NCBI GenBank assembly: GCA_951406725.2
Contig: OX597824.1
Span: 79,236,001 to 79,300,000, forward strand
Origin: Octopus vulgaris
Taxonomy: Eukaryota
Reading direction: 5' to 3'
DNA: 64,000 nucleotides
Both the position numbers and the translations under genes were made by a program. A model generated the notes under the pieces. The model searched no databases, was not told the origin of the DNA, and worked only from the letters and a program-made list of their open reading frames with translations. Positions within the stretch are counted from its first letter, which is position 1. Each line of letters opens with the position of its first letter. Shown here in pieces: positions 1 to 10,950 of the stretch.

Positions 1-79
1 ACTCAGAACGTAACGACAAACAAAATACGGCTATGCATTTCACCCGGCGTGCTAACATTTCTGCCAGCTCGCCACCTTA
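1..79 (-). mobile_element. SINE family A, 5' tRNA-like head (truncated by window edge)
   Basis: Reverse complement of GGCGAGCTGGCAGAAA..GTTAGCACGCCGGG..GTTCTGAGT seen in full copies. Confidence 0.8.
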
Positions 80-171
80 TACATACATATACACATTCAT
101 GAATAAATAACGCCTTCATTAATTTTTAAATACCTGTCTAGCGGCAGGTATTTAAAGGGAAAAGTTTGACA

Positions 172-405
172 AGTCAGTCAGTCACCCGCTGACACTCACT
201 GACGATACATCGAAGAGGCCAGGGAACAGAAGAAAGAAGACATGCACCCAACACCAGAGCTGTAGACACCTCCGAAAGGGGGAGCCCCGCCACGTCAAAA
301 CGGTAGAGGAGTAGGGGCCGAAACCGGACGTGGTTCCTCCTGATGATGTCTTGAGCTAACTGGATCCTATAAAGGAGCTGTTGTGGTAGCAGACCACAAA
401 ACACA
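172..405 (-). mobile_element. Possible retroelement 3' fragment with (TGAC)n tail
   Basis: GC-rich island ending in a short gtca repeat; family not identified. Confidence 0.35.
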
Positions 406-639
406 GTTGTAATTCCCTTACATTAAATTAAAACCCATGTTTCTGATTTATTCATAAAAAGTAAATTGCATTTATATCATTGAACAAAATTAATCCTAGT
501 AGGTTTGTTTGTTTTAGATTTATTCTAAGGCAGACAAAAGCTGTGTTAAAATGGCTACCCCAAGGCAGAATGAATTTTTTTCTCTATTTGCTAGGTCCAG
601 AGGAACTGATAGTGTCCATGACCTTGTAAGCTCTCCTTA

Positions 640-853
640 GTTAAGTTAAGTTAATTTTTTGGCCCAAAAAGCAAAAGCAAGGCCATGTAGGGGGACATGG
701 AGTTATGTACAGGGAGGGTGTTCATGCAAAGAGTTGAGGCCATTTCTGGTCAAGGGAGTCTTTGAACCAAGCGGTCGTCGGCAGCTTATTCCACGGATCC
801 GCAACCCAGACGGAGAAAGCCCCTCTCCTTCGATTGAGATGAAATCGGCGCAG
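640..853 (-). mobile_element. CR1-type LINE 3' end
   Basis: Encodes LRRFHLNRRRGAFSVWVADPWNKLP..FK.SLD*, the typical CR1/L2 ORF2 C-terminus, with a (TTAAC)n tail; second copy at about 18150-18398. Confidence 0.8.
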
Positions 854-1030
854 AATAGTGAGGCACAGCTTTTGGATATATACATGTTCAGGGAGTGTGC
901 AATGCAGCAGTGTTTTCTTGACACTTCTGTGAAAAAAAACATGCCTGACTATGGAAAATATGATGTTACTTGGAAACAGGTGAAGGCTGGCAGAAACAGC
1001 AGCCGACCATAGAAAATCTGCCACAACAAA

Positions 1031-1518
1031 TATCTATTTCATTACTACCCACAAGAGGTTACACACAGAGGGAACAGACAGACAAATGGATTAAGTTGAT
1101 TACATCAACCCCAGTGCGTAACTGGTACTTAATTTATCGATCCCTGAAAGGATGAAAGGCAAAGTCGACCTCGGTGGAATTTGAACTCAGAACGTAACGG
1201 CAGACGAAATACGGCTACGCATTTCGCCAGGCGTGCTAACGTTTCTGCCAGCTCGCCGTCTTTCACAAATCTGCCACAACAAATATCTATTTCTTTACTA
1301 CCCACAAGGGGCTAAACACAGAGAGGATAAACAAGGACAGACAAATGGATTAAGTCGATTATATCAACCCCAGTGCGTAACTGGTACTTATTTAATCGAC
1401 CCCGAAAGGATGAAAGGCAAAGTCGACCTCGGCGGAATTTGAACTCAGAGCGTAGCGACAGACGAAATACCACTAAGCATTTCGCCCGGCGTGATAACGT
1501 TTCTGCCAGCTCGCTGCC
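1031..1518 (-). mobile_element. Two tandem SINE family A copies
   Basis: Copies at about 1031-1260 and 1283-1518, each preceded by aaatctgccacaacaaatatct; Pol III B box GAGTTCAAATTCC. Confidence 0.85.
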
Positions 1519-1625
1519 ACAACAAATATCATCCAACAGACATCACATGATCGTCATTATCAATGACAGCAAAGTTATATAGAAGACGAAAAACAAAAAC
1601 AGCAGAAACGTCTTGAGGTACTTAC

Positions 1626-1894
1626 CCATTTATCTCGCTCAACATTTGTAAGTTTCTGCAGCATACGAGCTAGTCTAGGTGCTCCATTCATCAAAGTATG
1701 CTTCAAGGGAGATAAGCCAGCAGTATCTTCATATTCTAGGGGTGCACCAGCTTTGAAGAGCACATACAGGATTTCATCATTATCATAGGTACCATACTCA
1801 AGAGGGCATACAAGATGATGTAGGACGGTCCGTCCATCATTGTCAGTGTAGTTCAAATTCACACTACTGGTCTTCTCAACCGTAGGGATATTGT
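1626..1894 (-). CDS. Exon 33 (NIPTVEKTSSVNLNYTDNDGRTVLHHLVCPLEYGTYDNDEIL...NVERDKW); gene continues below position 1
   Basis: tttcAG / GTAAGT, 269 nt, phase 1/0, no stop codon. Confidence 0.95.
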
Positions 1895-3032
1895 CTGAAA
1901 CAAGAGATAGGATTAAATTTTAGGAAATTTTTAGACTAATTCTGAACAAAATCCATACCTACATAAATTAGAATTCATTCATACATTTAATGTGCATTTC
2001 TTCGAGTTAGCATAGATTGAACAGAGACGTTATCCAAGGCAGCATTTCATAGCTAGATGCCTCTCAGGTCACCTATTCTGGCCTGGATTTCAAGCAAGGT
2101 AGTCATTATTCCACTGGTCTTCAAAAGGTACAAAGCAACTAGCCGTAACATCAATGTAAACATCATATCACTGTTTTACTCAGATGGTAACACACTCACA
2201 CACATACTCTCACACATGATGGGCTTCCGTATAGTTTCTATTTACCAATTCCACTTACAGCCCATAGCCATAGAAGATACTTGCCCAAACTGCCTCACAA
2301 TGGGATTGAACAAGAAACCACATGCTAAAAAACATAATTCTTAACTACACTGCTTTGCTCAGATGGTAACAAGTGCCACAGGCATCGAACATACGATGAG
2401 GTTCAATACAGTTTCATCATAATCATTTAACGTCTGCTCTCCATGCTGGCATGGGTTAGACAGTTTGATGGAGCTGACAAACCAGAGAGCTGCACCAGGT
2501 TCCAGTCTTGTGGTTTCTACAGCTGGGATGCCCTTCCTAATGCCAACCACTCCAGGAGCGTAATGGGTGCTTTTATGTGCCACCAGCATGGGTGCCATTT
2601 AGATGACACCAGCAACGACCGTGATAATTCACAGGTGCCATTTACATGGTACCATCAACGACTACAAGGCACAGGTATGATTTACATGTATATTATATGC
2701 ATAATATACATGTGCATATATATTGTCTGTGTACACACATACACACAAAAACAGACAACAGAGCCTCTATATGGTTACATGACCTGCAAGAAATAGCTAT
2801 CATGTTTCTACTAATTACATCTTGCTGTCATAAAAGAAGGCCTACACAGGATAATGTAATCTTAGATACACTTTGCCTAGCTAAAAGACAGGGATATCAT
2901 AGCAGAGATTCTTTTAATTAGAGATCTATTGTATGAGGAGTGACGTAGGTTTAAACAACAGTAAATTACAACTATTAACATAATTAACAGAGAATTAACA
3001 TAAAATCAATATAATTAACATAAAATCCTTAC

Positions 3033-3615
3033 CAAATCTGAGGCTTAATGATTGGCTCCCCAATTTCAGTTGTGATGAAGCTTTGGAATTCAATCTTGGG
3101 AGAACCGGTTTCTTGTCTTGGGGCGCAAAATCAACTTCTTCATCTTCTAGTTCATCTGTGTCATGTCCGTCGTCATAATCATCATTGTTGTCGTCGGCAT
3201 TCTCATCCTCGTCCCCGTCCTCATCATCACCACCGTCGTCCTCGTCCTCATCATCTTTCTCTTCGTCACTGCCTCTCCCGCTGCTTTCCGTGGCAGCGTC
3301 CGCTGCGTCAGCATCCTGCTCCTCATCGTCCCCTTCCTCGTCACTACTGTGCCCATCTCCGTTTTCTATGTCGGCTTCTTTGTCAGCAGAATCAGAGCCA
3401 TCAGCACCGGCTGAGGCCCTTCCGTCATTGGCATCATCATCGGCAAAGTTGTTGCCATTGGTCTGTGGTGCTTTGTTCTCCAGATCGATCATCTTGAGGT
3501 TAAATACCTGTCGAGATGTCTTCCTGGTCAAGTGTTGATCGGCTTTGTTCACGTCTTTGTTCTGTTCTGGATGGTAGTCATAGTTCAGCAGCAACTTCAC
3601 TATATTGATGTCATT
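3033..3615 (-). CDS. Exon 32 (NDINIVKLLLNYDY...long Asp/Glu tract...GSQSLSLRF)
   Basis: tttAG / GTAAGG, 583 nt, phase 0/1. Confidence 0.93.
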
Positions 3616-3705
3616 CTAAACGGAGAACAGAAATTTTTGTCATCATCCGTTTCACATTTACAGCAATAATAATGATTAACATTTAGCTAGTTTAATCAAG
3701 TTTAA

Positions 3706-3896
3706 CCCTTTCGTTACTGCATTCATTTTGAGATGCTCTGTGTTTCTTTAAATTACTTTAGATATAACAAAGAATTTAGCAAAATAACTTAGTTATCATT
3801 AAGCTAGTGATAGGAACATAAGTTGTGACTAAGGTTTGGTGGAAGATTTTGTACTCAGAGCTAGAGCCGGTTTCAGCCAGGCTGGTAACGAACGGG
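3706..3896. mobile_element. piggyBac-like MITE family 1
   Basis: TTAA flanks (3702-3705, 3897-3900) and CCCTTTCGTTAC..GTAACGAACGGG termini. Related copies at about 8168-8386, 30110-30297, 38970-39192, 39233-39457 and 47005-47220. Confidence 0.8.
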
Positions 3897-3900
3897 TTAA

Positions 3901-4480
3901 TAGAATGAAGAAGGAGGAGAGATGGAGGTGAAGGAGTGAGAGAGAAATCTAGAAGAATTAGAGAGGGCAGGGTTAGAGAAGAGGAAAGAGAGAGCTCTCT
4001 AAAGAAAGAGATAAAGGAGAGTAAAGAAGCTGATTAGAATGTGGGGAAGAGAGATGGAGATGAAGGAGTGAGAGAGAAATCTAAAATTAGAGAGGGCAGG
4101 GTAAGAGAAGAGGAAAGAGTGAGAGAGAGCTCTCTAAAGAAAGAGATAAAGGAGAGTAAAGAGGCCGATTAGAATGTGAGGAGGAGAGATGGAGGTAAAG
4201 GAGTGAGAGAGAAATCTAAAATTAGAGAGGGCAGGGTTAGAGAAGAGGAAAGAGTGAGAGAGCTCTCTAAAGAAAGAGATAAAGGAGAGTAAAGAGGCTG
4301 ATTAGAATGTGAGAGAGAGAGAGAGAGCTAAAGAAGATAAAGAGGAGGGGGTAAGAGATGTAGGAGAGTGTCAGAGAACAGCTAAGATAGACAGAGCAGT
4401 GGAGTAGAGAAGTAGAGAGGAAATAGGAGAGATGAGATAGAGAGCAAGGAGCAGAGGAGAGGGAATTGAACAAGTGGGGG
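3901..4480. repeat. GA-rich tandem repeat, about 134-bp unit x3, running into purine-rich low-complexity sequence
   Basis: Unit starts tagaatg at 3901, 4035, 4170 and 4303. Confidence 0.85.
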
Positions 4481-5019
4481 TAAATGAGAGTAAATAAAAA
4501 AAATTTTATAAAAAAGGATTAGTTCGAATGGTTGTTACTACTAATAATTTGGTGTATTTGTATTGTTTAATACTGTTTAATTGGTTAAGATTTTCACAAA
4601 TACTAGAACACCACAATATGTAAGTGGTAACAGGCTGGATGTGAAGGCACATGGCCTAGTGGTTAGAGCAGCGGACTCGCGATCGAGGGATCGCAGGTTC
4701 GAATCTCAGACCAGGCAATGTGTGTATTTATGAGCGAAACAGCAAGTGTATGGGGTCATCGGGAGCGAATGTGCGCCGTTTCAGGACCTACCACTTGACA
4801 GCATCTATGTGCACCGGCCCCCCGCTCACTGATATGAGGCCCTGCTTGCTAGATCAACTGGTTATTAAATAAAGCTTAATATTTCTCTAGACATCGCTCA
4901 TCGTCTCTTTTAAACCAAATCTAGTGGCTAGCCTTCTCCACTGTAGTTTGGATATCAGTCATGGTGGTATTCACCTTACAATGAGTTAGGCCTAACGATA
5001 ACAACAGTCGTCTCACACT

Positions 5020-5350
5020 CATCATCATCATCATCATCGTTTAACGTCCGTTCTCCATGCTGGCATGGGTTGGACGGTTCGACCGGGGATCTGGGAAGCC
5101 AGAAGGCTGCTCCAGTCTTATCTGGCAATGTTTCTACAGCTGGATGCCCTTCCTAATGCCAACCACTCCGTGAGTGTAGTGGGTGCTTTTTACGTGCCAC
5201 CTGCACAGGTGCCAGGCGAGGCTGGCAACAGCCACGGTCGGATTGGTGCATTTTACGTGCCACCGGCATGGAAGCCAGTCGAGGCGGCGCTGGCATCGGC
5301 CACGAGTCGGATAGTGCTTTTTACGTACCACCAGTCCAGGGGTCCTGGCT
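5020..5350 (-). mobile_element. RTE-LINE 3'UTR-derived repeat with (GAT)n tail, the most abundant family in the window
   Basis: Core GGCGTTAGGAAGGGCATCCAGCTGTAGAAAC..CATGCTAGCATGGAAAGCGGACGTTAAACGATGATG. Other minus copies start at about 2416, 7032, 22823, 33710, 36821, 39464, 43930, 56243, 60415 and 63478; plus copies at about 12117, 13625, 14995, 15890, 17285, 19350, 40450, 40955, 48790 and 49320. Confidence 0.8.
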
Positions 5351-5470
5351 GGTTCAATTCGATTTCGATTTGTCCAACAAACCCTCTACATCTGATGGCA
5401 AAACATACAATTAATAAATTAACATCATATTCAAAACTGACAAGAAATTTTCTGTTTGTTGTGTGCCTAC

Positions 5471-5738
5471 CTTTTTAACTGCATGCATTATTGGTGTCAA
5501 ACCTTTTTCATCAGCAAAGTTTGGAGAAGCTCCGTTTTTCAAGAGATACCTAACTAGATTGTTATTGTAGGAGCAAATGGCAAAAATGAGAGGTGTGATG
5601 AGTGGGCCATCACAGCGGCTGAAATAGTTGGTCCTTTCAAAATTGATTTGTTCTCCAAACAGAAGATGGTGAGGTGGAGGTAGGTCAAACAAAATATCAA
5701 GCGAAGCGCCAAGCTTCATCAACATTGTTAACCATTCC
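5471..5738 (-). CDS. Exon 31 (EWLTMLMKLGASLD...ITPLIFAICSYNNNLVRYLLKNGASPNFADEKGLTPIMHAVKK)
   Basis: cttctAG / GTAGGC, 268 nt, phase 2/0. Confidence 0.95.
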
Positions 5739-5917
5739 CTAGAAGTGATGAAACAAGAACAGGAGAGGAAAACATAAATTAGGTTGTGGAAAAGGAAGGA
5801 TTTTAACAGAAAGAAATTTTTTTAAATGGTTTTTATTCATTTCTATATTAACTTTCATTAGCAAAAAGAGATGAATTGTTTTCTCACGCTATTAACTTCA
5901 TCTTCAGAATATATGCA

Positions 5918-5949
<32 letters not shown>

Positions 5950-6759
5950 TGTACATACAGATACAACACACACAAAAACACAACCGCATTTTTATTTTTT
6001 TAAGCCAAAAGATGCAAGCTATAAGAAATACTTTTATTTTGAATTCCAATATTCCAGAATTAGGACCCCCATTTTCAGGAAATATTTAAAGAACATTGGT
6101 TTCAAATTTTGGCACAAGGCCAGTAATTTGGGGGAAGGAGGCAGGTCGATTACATCAACTGGTAATTATTTTATCGATCCTGGAAGAATAAAAGGCAAAG
6201 TTGACTCCCAGTGGATTTGAACTCAGAGCATAAAGACAGACAAAACACCACCAAGTATTTTGCCCACTGTGCCAATGATTCTGCCAGCTCACTGCCTTAT
6301 TTAGAAAAGATTACTGAAATATTGAAGTACAAGACAAAAGTACAAACCATCAGCTTGTATTATTTCTAATAATTTGCATTGATTTGGCTTAAGAAAAAAA
6401 AACCCCAAAAACATACATTTATCAGGTAATGCTTCATTCAAACTACGCATATATATTGCAACATAATATACATTCCCCAATCTGCACTTATATTTTGATC
6501 AATTTAACTCTGTTGAGTATATATGGTGCCTCATTCCTAAATACATGGAAGAAACGGGCTGGATTTAGTTCTTAACCAAGAACAACATTTTTATCAATAG
6601 GAATAGGATATTAATGCGTGTATTGATCAACTCATTGCATAGGTATAAATAATGGATAATTTTTTCATTCCTTCAGATAATTAACAGTCTCAAAAATTAT
6701 AATTAGCCAAGTTAAAAGAGAATTTTTTTTGTATATGTAAAACAGCAATTTAAACATAC

Positions 6760-6868
6760 CTCGCTTCATTATTGATGTCACTGACTTTATCGTAGTTCCA
6801 AAAGAAAGCTGCCATGACATCACGTCCGTATCGGTCTTTGTGTTTGATATCAAGTTGAGAATTTTTGC
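6760..6868 (-). CDS. Exon 30 (KNSQLDIKHKDRYGRDVMAAFFWNYDKVSDINNEA)
   Basis: ttattAG / GTATGT, 109 nt, phase 1/2; the true frame differs from the ORF-track entry 6665..6853. Confidence 0.9.
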
Positions 6869-8151
6869 CTAATAAGAAACAACAAAAAGTTTAATAGACC
6901 ATTGCTTATGAATTAACCTCTAAGATGTTCTCAGGTGAGTAACAGAAATTGATAAAATAAGTACCAGACAAATTACAGGAGGCTATGTGGTCTTCGGTTC
7001 ATTCCCATTGCACAGCACCTTAGGCAAATGCTCATCATCATCATCATCGGTTAACGTCCGCTTTCCATGCTAGCATGGGTTGGAAGATTTTGACTGAGGG
7101 CTGGCGAACCAGATGGCTGCACCAGGCTCCAATCTTGATTTGGCAGAGTTTCTACAGCTGGATACCCTTCCTAACGTCAACCAGAGTGTAGTGGGTGCCT
7201 TTTACGTGCCACCGGCATGGGGGCCAGTCAGGCGGCACTGGCAATGACCTCGCTCGAATCCTTTTACACATGCCACCAGCACAGGTGCCAGGATAGTGCT
7301 CTTGGCACCCTACTAGCACGGGCACAAGTGCCAGTAAGGCGACGCTGGTAACGATCACGCTCGAATGGTGCTCTTTAAGTGCCACTGGCACGGAAGCCGG
7401 TTAGCCGCTCTGTCAATATCACGCTCGTATGGTGCTCTTTGCACCCTGCTAGCACAGAACCATGTTTGTCATACATAGAAGGTTATTTCTTTTCCAGTTT
7501 TCTATGAAAAATATGATCAGCCACAGGGAAATATTACCTTGCCTGAAAACAAGTTGACAATAGGAAGGGAATCTGGTTGTAGAAAATCTACTTCAACAAA
7601 TTCCAGTTCTAACTCATGCAAACATGGGAAAATGGATGTTAAACTGTCTGATATGATATGACTAAAAAGTCTTGGAAGATAACAAGATTTAGAGTCCAAG
7701 GAATGACAACAGCGAAAGGATAAATGAATAAATAGCCATTTTTTTTTTTCTTTTAATGGCCAAAGAAAAGGAGGTAGCACACATGACCCTTTTCAGGGCC
7801 TCTAAAACTGGTGAGAGAAAAATTATCCTCAGAGCAGAAACATTTCCTGAATGCTTGCAACACAGTGGATGCCATTAAATATGCCCAAAAGCACCCAAAG
7901 TGATGGTGCTAAATTAGAATGATGAACATGTTTCTATCAACCAAATTTCATTCACAAAATTAAGGTTCTCCTGAGAACATGTGTAAGATAAGTCTCTTAG
8001 CTATACAAACAAATACAACCACACACTACCACTAACAGGATATGAACTGCTGACTCCTTGTTTAGCTGTTTTCCCAGTACACAATCCACTTGGCCATCCC
8101 ACACACTCATTACAAATACCAAACTAGAAACTAACCTTTGACAAATTAATT

Positions 8152-8580
8152 AACCCTTTAGCATTTAGCCCTTTCATTACAATATTTCTTTTGAGATGCT
8201 CTGTGTTTCTTTCAATTAATCTTGAATATAACAAAGAATTTAGTAAAATAGCTTAGTTATCATTAAGCTAGTGTTAAGCACATAAACTGTGACTAAAGTT
8301 TCATGGAAGATTTTAATTCAGAACTTAATGAAAACAAGACATTTGTATTACAGAGGTGGTTTCAACCAGGTTGGTATCGAAAGGGTTAAACTAGCCCAAA
8401 ATATTTTAGCTATTCTAATTTCAAAATGCACAGATCTGGCCTCTCAGACCTACCTACAATGTCATTCTAAACGTAAACAATCATCATTGAAATCTCGAAA
8501 CTGCAAGATAACACGTGATAAATTAACAATATGAATAAATAAGTGTTACATTTGACACAGACTAATGTGAATGTTGAAGA
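8152..8580. mobile_element. piggyBac-like MITE family 2 interrupted by a family 1 copy
   Basis: ttaaCCCTTTAGCATTTA head, then a family-1 body up to about 8389, then the family-2 body resumes. Confidence 0.65.
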
Positions 8581-8593
8581 GTCAATTACTTAC

Positions 8594-8714
8594 TTGACAT
8601 GAACTGTCCTAGTTGGAATGGCTGGTGCAGCAAAGCAGCATACATGAGAGGAGTGCATCCATACATATCAATGTCATTTAAGGAAACCCTTTTCTCATGC
8701 ATCATTTCGGCAAT
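8594..8714 (-). CDS. Exon 29 (IAEMMHEKRVSLNDIDMYGCTPLMYAALLHQPFQLGQFMS)
   Basis: ttgcAG / GTAAGT, 121 nt, phase 0/1. Confidence 0.93.
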
Positions 8715-8748
8715 CTGCAAAAAAATAATATAAAAATAATGAAATGAT

Positions 8749-9200
8749 AGGCGCAGGAGTGGCTGTGTGGTAAGGCGGCGAGCTGGCAGAAACGTTAGCA
8801 CGCCGGGCGAAATGCTTTGCGGTATTTCGTCTGCCGTTATGTTCTGAGTTCAAATTCCACCGAGGTCGACTTTGCCTTTCATCCTTTCGGGGTCGATAAA
8901 TTAAAGTACCAGTTACGCACTGGGGTCAATGTAATCAACTTAATACCTATGTCCTGTCCTTGTTTGTCCCCTCTATGTTTAGCCCCTTGTGGGTAATAAA
9001 AAAATCCATTTGGTAGCTTGCTTAGCAACCACATGGTTCCGGGTTCAGTCCCACTGTGTGACACCGTAGGCAAGAGTCTTCTACTATAGCCCCAGGCCGA
9101 CCAAAGCCTTGTGAGTGGATTTGGTAGACAGAAACTGGAAGAAGCCCATCATATACGTATATATATGTGTGTTTATATGTTTGTGTGTCTGTGTATACAC
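8749..9200 (+). mobile_element. SINE family B with a full SINE family A copy (about 8773-9005) inserted in its head
   Basis: B head GGCGCAGGAGTGGCTGTGTGGTAAG breaks off at about 8773 and resumes as GTAGCTTGCTTAGCAACC at about 9013. Confidence 0.85.
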
Positions 9201-9908
9201 ACACACACAAAACAACAAACCCATGCACGATATACCAGACAGGACTTGCTTAATCTAAAGCAGACCTAATGTATTGTTGTTTGTACAGTACACTTGTTTA
9301 TTTGTATCAGCTAAATCTATGAGCGCTTTACATATGCTTCTCTACCATTTTGCTTTCTTTATCATGTCTTTTAAATATGCAGAGAACAATGTAGTGATGC
9401 CATGTATAATTCAATTCATGGGAACTGATGAAAGGCAAACAATTTCATTCCTAATATTCTTATGTCCTGTAGATATGTTTCAGCTTTAATCACAATGCTA
9501 AATTTTGACCTTGTTTTTGACTCGTGATCATTCAGTTTTCTAAAACAAGTTTCACAGAATTTACTGCAAACTTTCTTTTGTTTGGTTGTGTCTGGGGAGA
9601 GTCATTTTCTTTTTGTGCCTTATAATGAAACACACTCACCGGTAAAATTTCCACTTATTTCTTGGCTCGATAGTCTTGACTCAAGACTATTGAAAAGGTT
9701 GCAAGACGCAACGAAAATTTTAGGAAAAATAAAAAATAAGTGGAAATTTTACCGATGAGTTTTGTTACATTATAAGGCACAAAGAGAAAATGACTCTCCC
9801 CAAACACAACAGGATATGCTTCAACACACGAACTCATATAAAGAACCTTGCAAACCAAATCCAAAAACGAAATGTTCTTTTGTTTGGTTTATATTAAAAA
9901 TTCATTAA

Positions 9909-10069
9909 CGCAGGAGTGGCTGTGTGGTAAGTAGCTTGCTAACCAACCACATGCTTCCAGGTTCAGTCCCACTGCGTGGCATCTTGGGCAAGTGTCTTCT
10001 GCTATAGCCCCGGGCCGACCAATGCCTTGTGAGTTGATTTGGTAGACGGAAACTGAAAGAAGCCTGTCG

Positions 10070-10102
<33 letters not shown>

Positions 10103-10312
10103 TTGTGTGTCTGTGTTTGTCCCCCTAGCATTCCTTGACAACCGATGCTGGTGTGTTTACGTCCCCGTCACTTAGCGGTTCGGCAAAAGAGACCGAAAGA
10201 ATAAGTACTGGGCTTACAAAGAATAAGTCTCGGGGTCGATTTACTCGACTAAAGGTGGTGCTCCAGCATGGCCGCAGTCAAATGACTGAAACAAGTAAAA
10301 GAGTAAAGAGAG
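9909..10312 (+). mobile_element. SINE family B, full length (tRNA-like head, CORE-like GGCACCTTGGGCAAGT block, internal TA/TG microsatellite, AAGAGTAA tail)
   Basis: Similar copies at about 24590-24905 (+), 41216-41610 (+), 54661-55058 (-) and 61981-62349 (-), plus many fragments. Confidence 0.85.
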
Positions 10313-10467
10313 TAACTGGATTGGTAGAAAAGAATGTGTGAGTAATAACCAGGAACAGAATCACCAGGGCTAGAAATGTTAAGGGTAACTTCAAAAATAT
10401 ATTGCAGGAAGTTAGAGGAGTAATTGTTATGTAGGGTGCACACAAAGTATTAGTAAAAAAAAATTAC

Positions 10468-10626
10468 CTTAAGCTGCAGTTGGGTCTGCTGACCAGGAAT
10501 GGTGCGAAGAGCCAAAATATGGAACAAATTTCGGCCATCAGAATTACTGCTTTGCAATTTGGAAATATCATGTACTTTTTTGATGAGACGGAGGGCAACG
10601 TTGTACTTGCTAACATTTAGAGCAGC
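10468..10626 (-). CDS. Exon 28 (AALNVSKYNVALRLIKKVHDISKLQSSNSDGRNLFHILALRTIPGQQTQLQLK)
   Basis: ttcAG / GTAATT, 159 nt, phase 0/0. Confidence 0.92.
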
Positions 10627-10899
10627 CTGAAGGGAAAGAGAAAAAAATGGTTTTTATTTTTATAATTATAACAGAAAGCACATACACACACACTGTGTGT
10701 TATATCATAAAATTTGATGATCAAAGATTAAATATATGCAGAGGTACACAAACACATGGTACCTTACATGGGTGTTTATGAAAAACAGACATTCATGCAT
10801 TTGAAGTGGACTTTGTATATGTTGCAGCGTGGAAGGTATTTGTAAACCATTTAAGAAACACACAAAAGCCATTCGATTCACTTCAACATTTAAGTTTAA

Positions 10900-10950
10900 T
10901 TTGTCAAAATATTTTCGTCGCTTTAAGACCGCGACCTGTTCACTGACAAA
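10900..10950 (-). ncRNA. Candidate minimal type-I hammerhead ribozyme with G3:C8 core variant
   Basis: UUUGUCA-GUGAACA-G-GUCGC(ggucuuaaa)GCGAC-GAAA-AUAUUU-UGACAAA: 7-bp helix I, 5-bp helix II, palindromic helix III. Confidence 0.45.

Noticed and set aside
3048-3538. His/Arg-rich and Ser-rich plus-strand ORFs
   Set aside because: They are antisense shadows of the Asp/Glu codon tract in exon 32.
5065-5478. Recurrent ORFs containing FLQLDALPNANHS as a multigene peptide family
   Set aside because: They are antisense translations of the RTE 3'UTR repeat, and starts, stops and frames differ among copies.
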